Positions 1 through 9,114 of a DNA stretch of 64,000 nucleotides are shown here, piece by piece. The notes under the pieces were generated by a model. That model was given only the letters and a program-made list of their open reading frames with translations. It had not been told where the DNA came from and did no database searches. The stretch lies in contig CAJJAA010000017.1 in the NCBI GenBank assembly GCA_905182025.1, positions 6,672 to 70,671 of the forward strand, written 5' to 3'. This DNA comes from an uncultured OM182 clade bacterium (GTDB lineage Bacteria; Pseudomonadota; Gammaproteobacteria; Pseudomonadales; Azotimanducaceae). Numbering within the stretch: the stretch's first letter is position 1; each line of letters starts with the position of its first letter. The position numbers and the translations under genes are program-made.

Positions 1-144
1 GCCACAAAACACCTGGTGTTGAAGTCGCCCCATCCTTCGCCATTATCAGCCTATAGAGGCTTTTTTGGCGCCAAACATTTTAGTCAATGCAATACCTATC
101 TCGAGCATACCGGCCAGCAGGCCATTGATTGGGCAAATCTCTGA
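1..144 (+). CDS. ung: uracil-DNA glycosylase, C-terminal fragment (5' end outside window)
   Basis: Frame-1 translation of bases 1-141 reads [47 protein letters not shown], followed by TGA at 142-144. HPSPLSA..GFFG is the C-terminal motif of family-1 UDG. Confidence 0.7.
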   Translation, partial: ATKHLVLKSPHPSPLSAYRGFFGAKHFSQCNTYLEHTGQQAIDWANL

Positions 145-275
145 TTTCATTTCACCGTTGTATTCTGCTCGAAGTGCCCGTTGAGTAAATAAAACGGTAG
201 AAATCGCTGGTTTATCTAAGGACCGGCATTCGATATCATCCGCGCACTATTTAGATTCCTTAGAGCGCAAAGAGT

Positions 276-1769
276 ATGACAAACAAAGTTGACCTGTATG
301 TGAATGGAGAGTTCAGTCAGGGTAGTGGTACAGAAACTATTTCCGTAACGAATCCTGCAAATCAGGAAGTTTTGGCCGAAGTTGCCTGTGCAACGTTGGA
401 AGATGTTGATGTAGCCGTTGCTGCTGCTAAAGCGGCCTTCTACGAATGGCGCTTAATACCTGCGCCAGAGCGAGCAAGAATGCTGATGAAGTATCAGATG
501 TTGCTAAAAGAAAAGCAGGACGAAATTGCAACGGTACTTGCGAAGGAAACCGGCAAGACATTTGCGGATGCGCAGGGTGATGTTTGGCGCGGCATCGAAG
601 TTGCTGAACAAGCCTGTAATGTACCGGCGATGATGATGGGTGAGACGTCAGAGAATGTTGCGCGCGGAATTGATACCTACAGTTTGATTCAGCCTTTAGG
701 TGTATGTGTAGGTATTACGCCGTTTAATTTTCCGGCAATGATCCCTTTATGGATGTTCCCGCTTTCAATCGCCTGTGGAAACACCTTTATTCTAAAGCCT
801 TCAGAGCAAGACCCGATGACACCAACCTTGCTGGTTGAGCTGTTTTATCAGTGCGGATTTCCAAAGAATATTTTGCAGCTGATTCATGGCGGTGCAGATC
901 AGGTTAATGCGCTGCTCAATCACGAGGATACCCGCGCGGTTTCCTTCGTTGGCTCAGTTGGTGTTGGGCAGCATGTTTATCGTACGGCGACTCAAAATCT
1001 AAAACGTGTCCAATGTATGACGGGAGCGAAAAACCACATGATCATCATGCCCGATGCCGATAAAGCGCAAACCATTAGCGCCTTAGTAGGTTCGTCTGTT
1101 GGTGCTGCGGGCCAGCGTTGTATGGCAATTTCTGTCGCCGTGTTTGTTGGCGAAGCGCAGAGCTGGATACCGGATGTTGCTGAGGCAATGGCGAAGATTC
1201 GCCCGGGCGCATGGGACGATGAGGGCGCCGGCTATGGACCGCAGATTAGCGCGCAGGCGAAAGAACGTATTGAAGGCTATATAGAGAAAGGAAAGGCTGA
1301 GGGTGCTACGTGCATGCTCGATGGTAGTGGTTGTGAGGTTGAAGGTTTTCCTGACGGTAACTGGGTCGGCCCAACGCTATTCAGCGATGTAACGACAGAG
1401 ATGAGTATTTATACTGACGAAATATTTGGACCCGTTTTGGTTGGTGTGAGTGCTGATACGCTTGATGAAGCGATCCAAGTGATTAACGCAAACCCCTACG
1501 GCAATGGTACGTCGATCTTCACATCCTCTGGCGGCGCAGCGAGAAAGTTCCAAAGTGAAATCGAAGTTGGTCAGGTGGGTATCAACATTCCGATTCCTGT
1601 ACCGCTACCGTTCTTTTCATTCACGGGTTGGAAGAATTCTTTCTACGGCGATCAGCATGCTTACGGTAAGCAGGCAATTCGTTTCTATACTGAAACGAAG
1701 ACGATTACAGCGAGATGGTTTAGCAGTGAATCGACGGTGAATGACAATTTGACTATCGCACTCAAGTAA
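276..1769 (+). CDS. mmsA: methylmalonate-semialdehyde dehydrogenase (CoA-acylating)
   Basis: 497-aa ORF in the aldehyde dehydrogenase family, with the catalytic Cys context GQRCMA and an MmsA-type C-terminal region ([11 protein letters not shown]). It heads a valine-catabolism cluster. Confidence 0.9.
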   Translation: MTNKVDLYVNGEFSQGSGTETISVTNPANQEVLAEVACATLEDVDVAVAAAKAAFYEWRLIPAPERARMLMKYQMLLKEKQDEIATVLAKETGKTFADAQGDVWRGIEVAEQACNVPAMMMGETSENVARGIDTYSLIQPLGVCVGITPFNFPAMIPLWMFPLSIACGNTFILKPSEQDPMTPTLLVELFYQCGFPKNILQLIHGGADQVNALLNHEDTRAVSFVGSVGVGQHVYRTATQNLKRVQCMTGAKNHMIIMPDADKAQTISALVGSSVGAAGQRCMAISVAVFVGEAQSWIPDVAEAMAKIRPGAWDDEGAGYGPQISAQAKERIEGYIEKGKAEGATCMLDGSGCEVEGFPDGNWVGPTLFSDVTTEMSIYTDEIFGPVLVGVSADTLDEAIQVINANPYGNGTSIFTSSGGAARKFQSEIEVGQVGINIPIPVPLPFFSFTGWKNSFYGDQHAYGKQAIRFYTETKTITARWFSSESTVNDNLTIALK

Positions 1770-1865
1770 CATTAGTTTGCCAATGACGGCTTGGGAAAAT
1801 GAGGCGTTTAAATCGACAGCTATTGCGAGTGTCATCACAACAGCTGCGTGGAGAAATAGTCACCA

Positions 1866-3026
1866 ATGAACTTTGACCTTACGGAAGATCAGGTAGCATT
1901 TAAAGATGCTGCCCGATCATTTTCTGACAAAGAATTTGCGCCGAATGCAGCGGAGTGGGACGCAGGTAAAATATTCCCAAAAGAGGTTATAGCGAAGGCA
2001 GGGGCGCTTGGTTTTTGTGGTTTATATTGTCCCGAAGATGTCGGTGGGCTTGATCTGAGTCGACTTGATTCAACCATCATTCTTGAACAACTGGCAATGG
2101 GTTGTACTTCTACAACCGCATTCATTTCAATTCATAATATGGCAACCGCAATGATTGCCAACTTCGGTTCAGCTGAACTCAAGGAACAATTCTGTCCGTC
2201 TCTTACCGCTGGGACGACGTTAGCTAGCTATTGCCTAACGGAAGCCGGTGCAGGTTCAGATGCCGCTTCGCTAACAACGAGAGCTGAAAACAAAGGCGAC
2301 CATTACCTGGTTAATGGCAGCAAGATGTTTATTTCCGGTGCCGGTAGTACAGATGTACTCGTGGTCATGCTTCGCACTGGCGCGCAGGGTGCCAAGGGCA
2401 TTACAACGTTGGTTATTCCCGCTGATGCCGATGGCATTCGCTACGGTTCAAATCTGGAAAAAATGGGATGGCATAGCCAGCCAACCCGCGAGATCACTTT
2501 TGAGAACGTCAAAGTGCCGATTTCAAATCGATTAATGCAGGAAGGTGATGGATTCAAAATCGCCATGAAGGGACTCGATGGCGGCCGGATCAATATTGCG
2601 ACGTGCTCCGTTGGTACAGCGCAGGCTGCTCTGAACAGAACCCGAGACTATATGCATGAGAGGCATCAATTCGGTGAGGCTATCGCTAATTTTCAAGCGT
2701 TGCAATTTCGCTTTGCCGATATGGCAACCGAATTGGTGGCAGCGCGACAGATGATTAGATTGGCTGCATTCAAAGTGGATCAAGGGCATTCAGAAGCCAG
2801 TGTTTATTCTGCAATGGCTAAGCGTTATGCGACGGATATTGGTTTTGATGTTTGTAATCAGGCATTACAGATTCATGGAGGTTATGGGTACATGCAAGAA
2901 TACCCGTTGGAGCGCTACATTCGGGATACCCGTGTGCATCAAATATTGGAGGGGACAAACGAGATTATGCGTCTTGTGATTTCTCGTCGATTGCTGGCGA
3001 TTGCGGATCTCGAGGTTGTTCAGTAG
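1866..3026 (+). CDS. acyl-CoA dehydrogenase (isobutyryl-CoA dehydrogenase-like)
   Basis: 386-aa ORF with acyl-CoA dehydrogenase signatures (CLTEAGAGSDA, QIHGGYGY, EGTNEI). The substrate is inferred only from its position between mmsA and the hydratase and hydrolase genes. Confidence 0.85.
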   Translation: MNFDLTEDQVAFKDAARSFSDKEFAPNAAEWDAGKIFPKEVIAKAGALGFCGLYCPEDVGGLDLSRLDSTIILEQLAMGCTSTTAFISIHNMATAMIANFGSAELKEQFCPSLTAGTTLASYCLTEAGAGSDAASLTTRAENKGDHYLVNGSKMFISGAGSTDVLVVMLRTGAQGAKGITTLVIPADADGIRYGSNLEKMGWHSQPTREITFENVKVPISNRLMQEGDGFKIAMKGLDGGRINIATCSVGTAQAALNRTRDYMHERHQFGEAIANFQALQFRFADMATELVAARQMIRLAAFKVDQGHSEASVYSAMAKRYATDIGFDVCNQALQIHGGYGYMQEYPLERYIRDTRVHQILEGTNEIMRLVISRRLLAIADLEVVQ

Positions 3027-3056
3027 TGCAGGTTAATCGTGGTGCTCGGTACCTAA

Positions 3057-3086
3057 GTTAGTTGATCGGTTAGTTGATCGGTTAAC
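3057..3086. repeat. tandem direct repeat, 12-bp unit GTTAGTTGATCG x2 plus a partial third copy
   Basis: Read directly: gttagttgatcg at 3057-3068, gttagttgatcg at 3069-3080, then gttaac. It carries stop codons in all three plus-strand frames. Confidence 0.9.
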
Positions 3087-3252
3087 TAAAGCGATTAAGT
3101 AAGGCAGTTGCCAGCACGGGTTCACAAACTTTTGAGGTAATCCTCGTTATCGTGGTTCAGATCGATTCAATTTATGGCGAAGAATATGACCAAGATTGAT
3201 AACGCCAATTTCTAATCACTTAGTATTAAATAAAGTCAAAAGGACTACGAAG

Positions 3253-4029
3253 ATGTCAGACAAACTCTTGATGGAAATGAGAGGCCACACAGCGCTCATC
3301 ACAATTAATACGCCACCGGCGAATACTTGGGATGAAGAAAGTTTGCCGCGTTTGGCTGATTTGGTAGAGCAGCTCAACGAGGACAATAATTGCTACAGCT
3401 TGGTTATCACGGGCCAAGGTGAGAAATTTTTCTCCGCCGGTGCTGATCTGAATATGTTTGCCTCCGGCGACAAGCTTGTCGCGAGAGATCTGGCGACAAA
3501 ATTTTCCGCCGCTTTTGAGACCCTAAGTCAGTTTCGTGGTGTATCGATTGCTGCCATTAATGGATTCGCGATGGGCGGCGGTCTTGAGTGCGCATTGGCC
3601 TGTGATATCAGGATTGCTGAATCCCATGCGGTTATGGCGTTACCGGAAGCGACGGTAGGCTTACTTCCCGCCGGTTTAGGGACGCAGCATTTGTCGTGGG
3701 TCGTGGGTGAAGGCTGGGCAAAGAAAATGATTTTGTGTGGCGAGCGGGTTGATGCAACCACAGCGGAGAAGATTGGTTTAGTCGAGGAAGTAGTCGATAA
3801 GGGGCTGTCGGTCGAAAGGGCGCTTGCGCTGGCTGCAAATGTTGAAAAACAGAGTCCGAAAAGCGTCGCGGCCAGCAAACGATTAATTCAAGCTGCGCGG
3901 CACAGCTCTATTAACGCTGCCTATCCGGTTGAGGCCGATGAATTTGTTGCGCTATTTGATACCAATGATCAAACAGAAGGGGTGAATGCTTTCCTTGAAA
4001 AACGTCAGCCCAAATGGACCAATAGCTAA
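3253..4029 (+). CDS. enoyl-CoA hydratase (crotonase family)
   Basis: Crotonase motifs FSAGADL and GGGLECALACD. I prefer ATG 3253, which has AAGGA about 9 nt upstream, over the ORF-track start at 3196. Confidence 0.85.
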   Translation: MSDKLLMEMRGHTALITINTPPANTWDEESLPRLADLVEQLNEDNNCYSLVITGQGEKFFSAGADLNMFASGDKLVARDLATKFSAAFETLSQFRGVSIAAINGFAMGGGLECALACDIRIAESHAVMALPEATVGLLPAGLGTQHLSWVVGEGWAKKMILCGERVDATTAEKIGLVEEVVDKGLSVERALALAANVEKQSPKSVAASKRLIQAARHSSINAAYPVEADEFVALFDTNDQTEGVNAFLEKRQPKWTNS

Positions 4030-4030
4030 G

Positions 4031-5164
4031 ATGAGTGAAGTTATGGTTGATTCTACCTCGGTTGTCCTATTTGAAACTGTTGAGTTGTCAGGCGGTAAAC
4101 AGTTGGGGCTGATAACGCTCAACGTTGAGAAAACCCTTAACAGTCTGAGCCTTGAGATGGTTGATCTTATTCATCCTCAACTGGCGCGATGGGAGCGAGA
4201 CGACGCGATCGGCTTGGTCATGTTTCAGGGTGCTGGAGACAGGGCGTTTTGTGCCGGTGGTGATATCCAGAACCTTTATCACGATATGGTGGCGCATCCT
4301 GGCGGACCTTGCCCCTACTGTGAGGCTTTCTTTGAGAGAGAATATCGACTCGATTACTATCTTCACAATTACTCAAAGCCAACGATTGTCTGGGCTCATG
4401 GCGTCGTTATGGGTGGCGGTTTAGGCATTGCATCAGCCTGTGATTTTAGAATTGGCACGGAGAAAACGCGCATTGCCATGCCGGAGATAACCATCGGGCT
4501 AATTCCCGATGCTGGCGCTACGTGGTCATTTATGCAGATGGATGAACATTGGGCATACTTTCTCGCTTGGACGGGTGCAGCGATTAATGGAGCTGACGCG
4601 CTTCGTGTAAAACTCGTCAACGCGCTGATTAATCATTCTGACCGACAAGACTTTATCGACGATCTAGCGAGCGCAGACTGGGGTGCGCCAGCGCAACAGG
4701 TGATCTCAAACGTTATTGATAAATTTGAACAAAAACGGCAGGATTTTCCTGCAAGTCAGATCGCAAATCATGAGAAAATTGTTAAAGAAGTGATTGCTGA
4801 ATGCCTACAAAGCGATAACCCCGTTGCAACGCTGATAAGAAACATGTCTCAGCTGTCAGGGGATAGTTGGCTCGAGAAGGCAGCGGCAACCTTTAGTCAT
4901 GGGGCGCCAACGACCGCTGAAATTATTTATCGACAATTCCAACTTGCAAAAACAATGAGTCAGAAGGAAATGTTTCAGATGGAACTTACTTTAGCTGTTC
5001 AGTGTAGTCGTCATCCTGATTTTGCAGAAGGTGTCAGAGCGCTACTGATCGATAAAGATAATCAACCTTCCTGGGAATATGCAGTGATGGGTGAGGTGCC
5101 GGCGAGTTGGATTGACGAGCATTTCGAAAACCCGTGGGACAATCACCCTATGGCGGATCTTTAG
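4031..5164 (+). CDS. 3-hydroxyisobutyryl-CoA hydrolase
   Basis: Crotonase-fold hydrolase (FCAGGDI, GVVMGGGLG) of about 377 aa, the typical HIBCH length. ATG 4031 follows the upstream stop at 4027-4029. The ORF-track start at 3986 would overlap the hydratase. Confidence 0.8.
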   Translation: MSEVMVDSTSVVLFETVELSGGKQLGLITLNVEKTLNSLSLEMVDLIHPQLARWERDDAIGLVMFQGAGDRAFCAGGDIQNLYHDMVAHPGGPCPYCEAFFEREYRLDYYLHNYSKPTIVWAHGVVMGGGLGIASACDFRIGTEKTRIAMPEITIGLIPDAGATWSFMQMDEHWAYFLAWTGAAINGADALRVKLVNALINHSDRQDFIDDLASADWGAPAQQVISNVIDKFEQKRQDFPASQIANHEKIVKEVIAECLQSDNPVATLIRNMSQLSGDSWLEKAAATFSHGAPTTAEIIYRQFQLAKTMSQKEMFQMELTLAVQCSRHPDFAEGVRALLIDKDNQPSWEYAVMGEVPASWIDEHFENPWDNHPMADL

Positions 5165-5268
5165 TACTATTATTTACAGTGAATCGTCATTTGGTATGTT
5201 GATGAAACAACGCAACCTATGATTCTCCAAAAATAAAAACGTTAACAATCACTACGAGGACACATCGC

Positions 5269-6162
5269 ATGACAAAAGTCGGATTTGTTGGACTGGGTAA
5301 CATGGGTGGACCCATGGCGAAGAACTTATTGCAGCAGGGTTTTGAATTGAAGGGCTACGACATCGTTCCACAGCTTCTCGATGAAGCGGTTAAGCTAGGC
5401 GCTGTTGCTTGTGATTCAGCAAAGGATGCGGCGACAGATGTGGATGTCTTTATCTCCATGTTACCCGCGTCCAAGCATGTGCAGAATCTGTACCTCGGTG
5501 ACGAAGGCGTGTTGAGTTGCCTGCAACCTGAAACGTTGGTGATTGATTGCAGTACGATTGCGCCAACTGTGTCTCAGGAAGTCTCAAGCGCTGCAAAAAA
5601 AATCGGCATTGCCATGATTGATGCACCTGTTTCCGGTGGTGTCGGCGGGGCCGTTGCTGGCACCCTTACTTTCATCGTTGGCGGTGGTTCGGCACCCTTA
5701 GAACAAGCACGACCGCTGCTTGAAGCAATGGGTAGTAACATTTTCCACGCCGGCGAATCCGGTGCAGGACAAGTGGCTAAGGTTTGCAACAATATGTTGT
5801 TGTCCGTTTTAATGGCGGGGACAGCGGAGGCGCTGCAATTGGGTGTTGATAATGGCTTGGACCCAGCCGTGTTATCCGAAATTATGCGTAAGAGTTCCGG
5901 CGGAAACTGGGCGCTTGAAGTATACAACCCTTATCCCGGTGTGATGGATGGCGTACCTGCTTCCAGAGAGTATGAAGGTGGTTTTCTCGTTGATCTGATG
6001 ATTAAAGATTTGGGTTTGGCAATGGAATCTGCTCTTGCTGTTGGTGCATCAACACCGATGGGCGCGCTGGCAAGAAATCTGTACGTTAACCACAGTAAAG
6101 AAGGTCATGGTCGATCCGATTTCTCAAGTATTCAACAGGTGTATAATAAGTCTGATGCGTAG
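5269..6162 (+). CDS. mmsB: 3-hydroxyisobutyrate dehydrogenase
   Basis: N-terminal Rossmann motif GFVGLGNMGGPMA in a 297-aa beta-hydroxyacid dehydrogenase family protein. It sits at the end of the valine-catabolism cluster. Confidence 0.9.
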   Translation: MTKVGFVGLGNMGGPMAKNLLQQGFELKGYDIVPQLLDEAVKLGAVACDSAKDAATDVDVFISMLPASKHVQNLYLGDEGVLSCLQPETLVIDCSTIAPTVSQEVSSAAKKIGIAMIDAPVSGGVGGAVAGTLTFIVGGGSAPLEQARPLLEAMGSNIFHAGESGAGQVAKVCNNMLLSVLMAGTAEALQLGVDNGLDPAVLSEIMRKSSGGNWALEVYNPYPGVMDGVPASREYEGGFLVDLMIKDLGLAMESALAVGASTPMGALARNLYVNHSKEGHGRSDFSSIQQVYNKSDA

Positions 6163-6193
6163 GCGGCAAACTGCCTGGTAAATAGGTGCGCAA

Positions 6194-7192
6194 ATGACAT
6201 TGTCCGAGTTACCTGAAGCGAAACAACAGGCTATTCGTCGAGAGTTCCCGCGAATAGCTGAAGATTGGATCAAGGGCTATCCTGCCTTGGTCGCACGCTG
6301 TATTGAAAAATGGCAACTGACACCGGCTGATCTGATAAGGATTGGTTTGCCGATCAATGTGTTGATCTACGCGACTGGCAACAGTGACCAACAGTATGTC
6401 GTCAAAATAGCCCCGCCTCATCCCGAACAACTAAACGAACGCATTGCGCTTGATCATCTGAACGCTAAGGTGATGGTCAACTTGATTGATTTTTCAGTAG
6501 ATGATGGCGCGATGTTGCTGGACAGAGTTCTACCCGGGCGTATGTTGCGCGAGGTAATACATGATCGTGATGAGATTCGACGCGCTATTTCGTTACTCGT
6601 CTCTGTGCCGACCGAGATTGAAAAAACCAGCTCGAACATGCACTGGTATGAACAGCTACCTCGCTACCAAGGCTGGATGAATGATGCGTTCGAGAAATAT
6701 CGTGGCGAACAGCCAGCCACAGAGTTTGTTTATTTTTTGAAAACAGCTGAAGTTATGTTTGAAACTATTCAGCGGGATTGTGAAGGGGATTTTTTGCTGC
6801 ACGGCGATCTTCACCATGAAAACATGCTGTTTGATGCAAGCAGAGGTTGGGTTGCTATCGATCCGAAAGGTGTGATTGGTCCGAAGTTAATGGAGTGTGG
6901 TCGATTTCTGCATAATTTTATGGAGGATGAACTCGACGCCGTTGAGGATCTCTCAGATGCAGAGATAGTTGATTTGGTTAGCATTTTATCGAAACGTTAT
7001 GCATTGGCGAGCGAAGTGTTGGGTGTTCCAATTGGCGAGCTCGCTAAGGCGACGTTTGTTGATATTACCTTGAGCGCTTGTTGGAGTTTTAATGCGGGTG
7101 CAAGTGAGTATGTTAAGAAGATGGCGATGCAAAGGGTTGAGGCGACCTATCATTTTCTTCGATCAACGCATCAACTCAGCTCGGCCAATTAG
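6194..7192 (+). CDS. aminoglycoside/streptomycin 6-kinase-like phosphotransferase (APH family)
   Basis: The catalytic-loop block LHGDLHHENMLFDASRGWVAIDPKGVIG closely resembles the HGDLHHENI..GWLVIDP block that I recall from APH(6) (StrA/StrB) enzymes. Confidence 0.7.
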   Translation: MTLSELPEAKQQAIRREFPRIAEDWIKGYPALVARCIEKWQLTPADLIRIGLPINVLIYATGNSDQQYVVKIAPPHPEQLNERIALDHLNAKVMVNLIDFSVDDGAMLLDRVLPGRMLREVIHDRDEIRRAISLLVSVPTEIEKTSSNMHWYEQLPRYQGWMNDAFEKYRGEQPATEFVYFLKTAEVMFETIQRDCEGDFLLHGDLHHENMLFDASRGWVAIDPKGVIGPKLMECGRFLHNFMEDELDAVEDLSDAEIVDLVSILSKRYALASEVLGVPIGELAKATFVDITLSACWSFNAGASEYVKKMAMQRVEATYHFLRSTHQLSSAN

Positions 7193-7204
7193 TCACTTAG
7201 ACAG

Positions 7205-7236
7205 CCTACTAAGCGAATATCCTACTAAGCCAATAA
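7205..7236. repeat. tandem direct repeat, 16-bp unit CCTACTAAGC(N6) x2
   Basis: cctactaagc occurs at 7205-7214 and again at 7221-7230, in the convergent spacer between the APH-like gene and ygfZ. Confidence 0.85.
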
Positions 7237-7248
7237 TCGACTAACGTA

Positions 7249-8208
7249 TTAATCTGCGCCTGCGTCGCTTTGTTTCTCTTGGTCGGCAAGGTAGAGGTCT
7301 TTTAGCTCAATCGGGTCACCGTTACTGAGATGATAGGTTGGCAATACTTGAGATGTTTTCTGTTGGGATTTCGTTTGAATAACACACAGGAATGAATCAT
7401 TGCCGGCCGCGACAATTTGGCCAACGTTTTTGCTCGCCTCATTCTGGATACTTTCGCCGACGTTGATGCGCGTCGAGCTAGATGATTTGACCGAGCCCAG
7501 ATGCAGGCGTTTTTTTAACTCGCCGCGAAATTGCATTCGGGCAACGATTTCCTGACCAAGGTAGCAGCCTTTTTCGAAGCTAATACCGTTGAGGTTTTGT
7601 AGGTTGTACATTTGCGGTATATAGGTCTCGCTCGTTTGCGTTACCACCCAGGCAATACCGGCGCGCACCTCTTGCTCCAGCCAATTGTCAGTCGGTTGAT
7701 TGGCATCGAGGGCTTTGTTCGACCAGATTTCAAAGTAAGCGTTGCTTGTGGTTTTCATGTCGACTTTGATTATCCAGCCATCTAATGCCGAATCGCCGAC
7801 TTCGATGGGGTCGTTGTTGGGTTCAAGTTCGTTTCTGGCAGCGAAGGTGTCCGACGCCGTAGGGACATTGCCACTATTTTGCGTAAGCCCATAGCACCAG
7901 ATCTTGTCGGATAGATCCTCAAGGCTGGCCTTAGAAAACACAATATACTTGGCAAGGAATTCAATCGCAGTTGGTACTAAGGCGCGAGGCATTCTGAGTA
8001 ACAAGCCAGCTTCGATAGGAATTAAGCGAAAGTTGCACAGCATTCGGCCTTGAATCGTGCATATCGCACCGACCAGACTTGTGTTCCCTTTAGCCAAATC
8101 GACATCGCAGGTTGTATAGCCTTGTAAAAACTTTGCGGCATCTCTGCCGGTGATGGCTAGAAAACCGAAATGTTCGAGTGGTGTTAGCATATTTAAATCA
8201 TCGCTCAT
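7249..8208 (-). CDS. ygfZ: folate-binding tRNA-modification / Fe-S protein YgfZ
   Basis: 319-aa ORF with the YgfZ signature KGCYLGQE near the C-terminal third. It is divergent from sdhE, as in enterobacteria. Confidence 0.8.
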   Translation of the reverse strand: MSDDLNMLTPLEHFGFLAITGRDAAKFLQGYTTCDVDLAKGNTSLVGAICTIQGRMLCNFRLIPIEAGLLLRMPRALVPTAIEFLAKYIVFSKASLEDLSDKIWCYGLTQNSGNVPTASDTFAARNELEPNNDPIEVGDSALDGWIIKVDMKTTSNAYFEIWSNKALDANQPTDNWLEQEVRAGIAWVVTQTSETYIPQMYNLQNLNGISFEKGCYLGQEIVARMQFRGELKKRLHLGSVKSSSSTRINVGESIQNEASKNVGQIVAAGNDSFLCVIQTKSQQKTSQVLPTYHLSNGDPIELKDLYLADQEKQSDAGAD

Positions 8209-8297
8209 GAAGACATTCTACATTCAGTAACGTAAGAAGCGTTATACTTTCGACTTAAATTCACAGTTTTAAGCAATTCAGCAATAAGGATGAACCC

Positions 8298-8552
8298 GTG
8301 CCAGAAGATTTAGTTTACAACCGATTGAGATGGCGCAGTCGCCGAGGCATGCTTGAATTGGATTTACTGCTTCTCCCCTTCTTCGATGAAGAATACAGGG
8401 GTCTCTCAACCGAGCGTCAGGCAGCCTATGTGACATTGCTCGAGCAAGATGACCCAGACCTACATGTTTGGTTCAGTCAAAAAGGTGAGCCAGAGGATCC
8501 TGACTTACTTGATCTTGTGCGTTTGATTCTTGATAGGGTTCAGCCTAGTTAA
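8298..8552 (+). CDS. sdhE: FAD assembly factor SdhE (YgfY/CptB)
   Basis: 84-aa ORF with RWRSRRGMLELDLLL (the RGxxE motif region) and a DPDL..W block typical of SdhE. Confidence 0.85.
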   Translation: MPEDLVYNRLRWRSRRGMLELDLLLLPFFDEEYRGLSTERQAAYVTLLEQDDPDLHVWFSQKGEPEDPDLLDLVRLILDRVQPS

Positions 8553-8562
8553 CGTGAGTAAC

Positions 8563-9036
8563 ATGGATCGAATGGGTAGCATCGTTGAACTGCGGCTACA
8601 GATTTATCCATCTTGGTTGTATGTGTTTCTTGTGACGATCGTCTATGGCTCGACGATGATATGTTTTATTGCTCTATTTGCTCACCATGCGTCTTTTCTT
8701 TGGTGTGGCCCTTTAGTTGTCATGACCCTCTCACTTCATTTTTGTATCCTTCTGCGTCAGGCCCTCTTGCTGAGCGGGACAAGCATCCAACAGCTTCATA
8801 AAACCCAAGCGGGCTATTGTTTACTGTTGGTGAATGGCGAACAGCGTGTAGTGCAATGGACGGGTAAAGGGTTTATTTCTGCGCCGTTGCTCATTGTAGA
8901 ATTTTGGGACGGTGCAGAAAAATTTGTTCTTACTGTGCTGCCCGATGCGCTATCAAGGGATCAACATCGACGCGCCAAAGCGCATTTTCTTTTATATAAA
9001 CCACACGTCGGAACAACGGGTAGTTTGGCTAGTTAA
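8563..9036 (+). CDS. ygfX: YgfX/CptA-like inner-membrane protein
   Basis: It lies immediately downstream of sdhE. It has two predicted TM helices followed by a soluble tail. The start was chosen at ATG 8563, after the sdhE stop; the ORF-track start at 8530 overlaps sdhE. Confidence 0.55.
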   Translation: MDRMGSIVELRLQIYPSWLYVFLVTIVYGSTMICFIALFAHHASFLWCGPLVVMTLSLHFCILLRQALLLSGTSIQQLHKTQAGYCLLLVNGEQRVVQWTGKGFISAPLLIVEFWDGAEKFVLTVLPDALSRDQHRRAKAHFLLYKPHVGTTGSLAS

Positions 9037-9114
9037 CCAACGGGTCAATATTGCTGATGCGTATCAAGGATGAAAGTCGCGCCTTTTTTCAAGTCGGACG
9101 TTAAAGCCTGGCGA

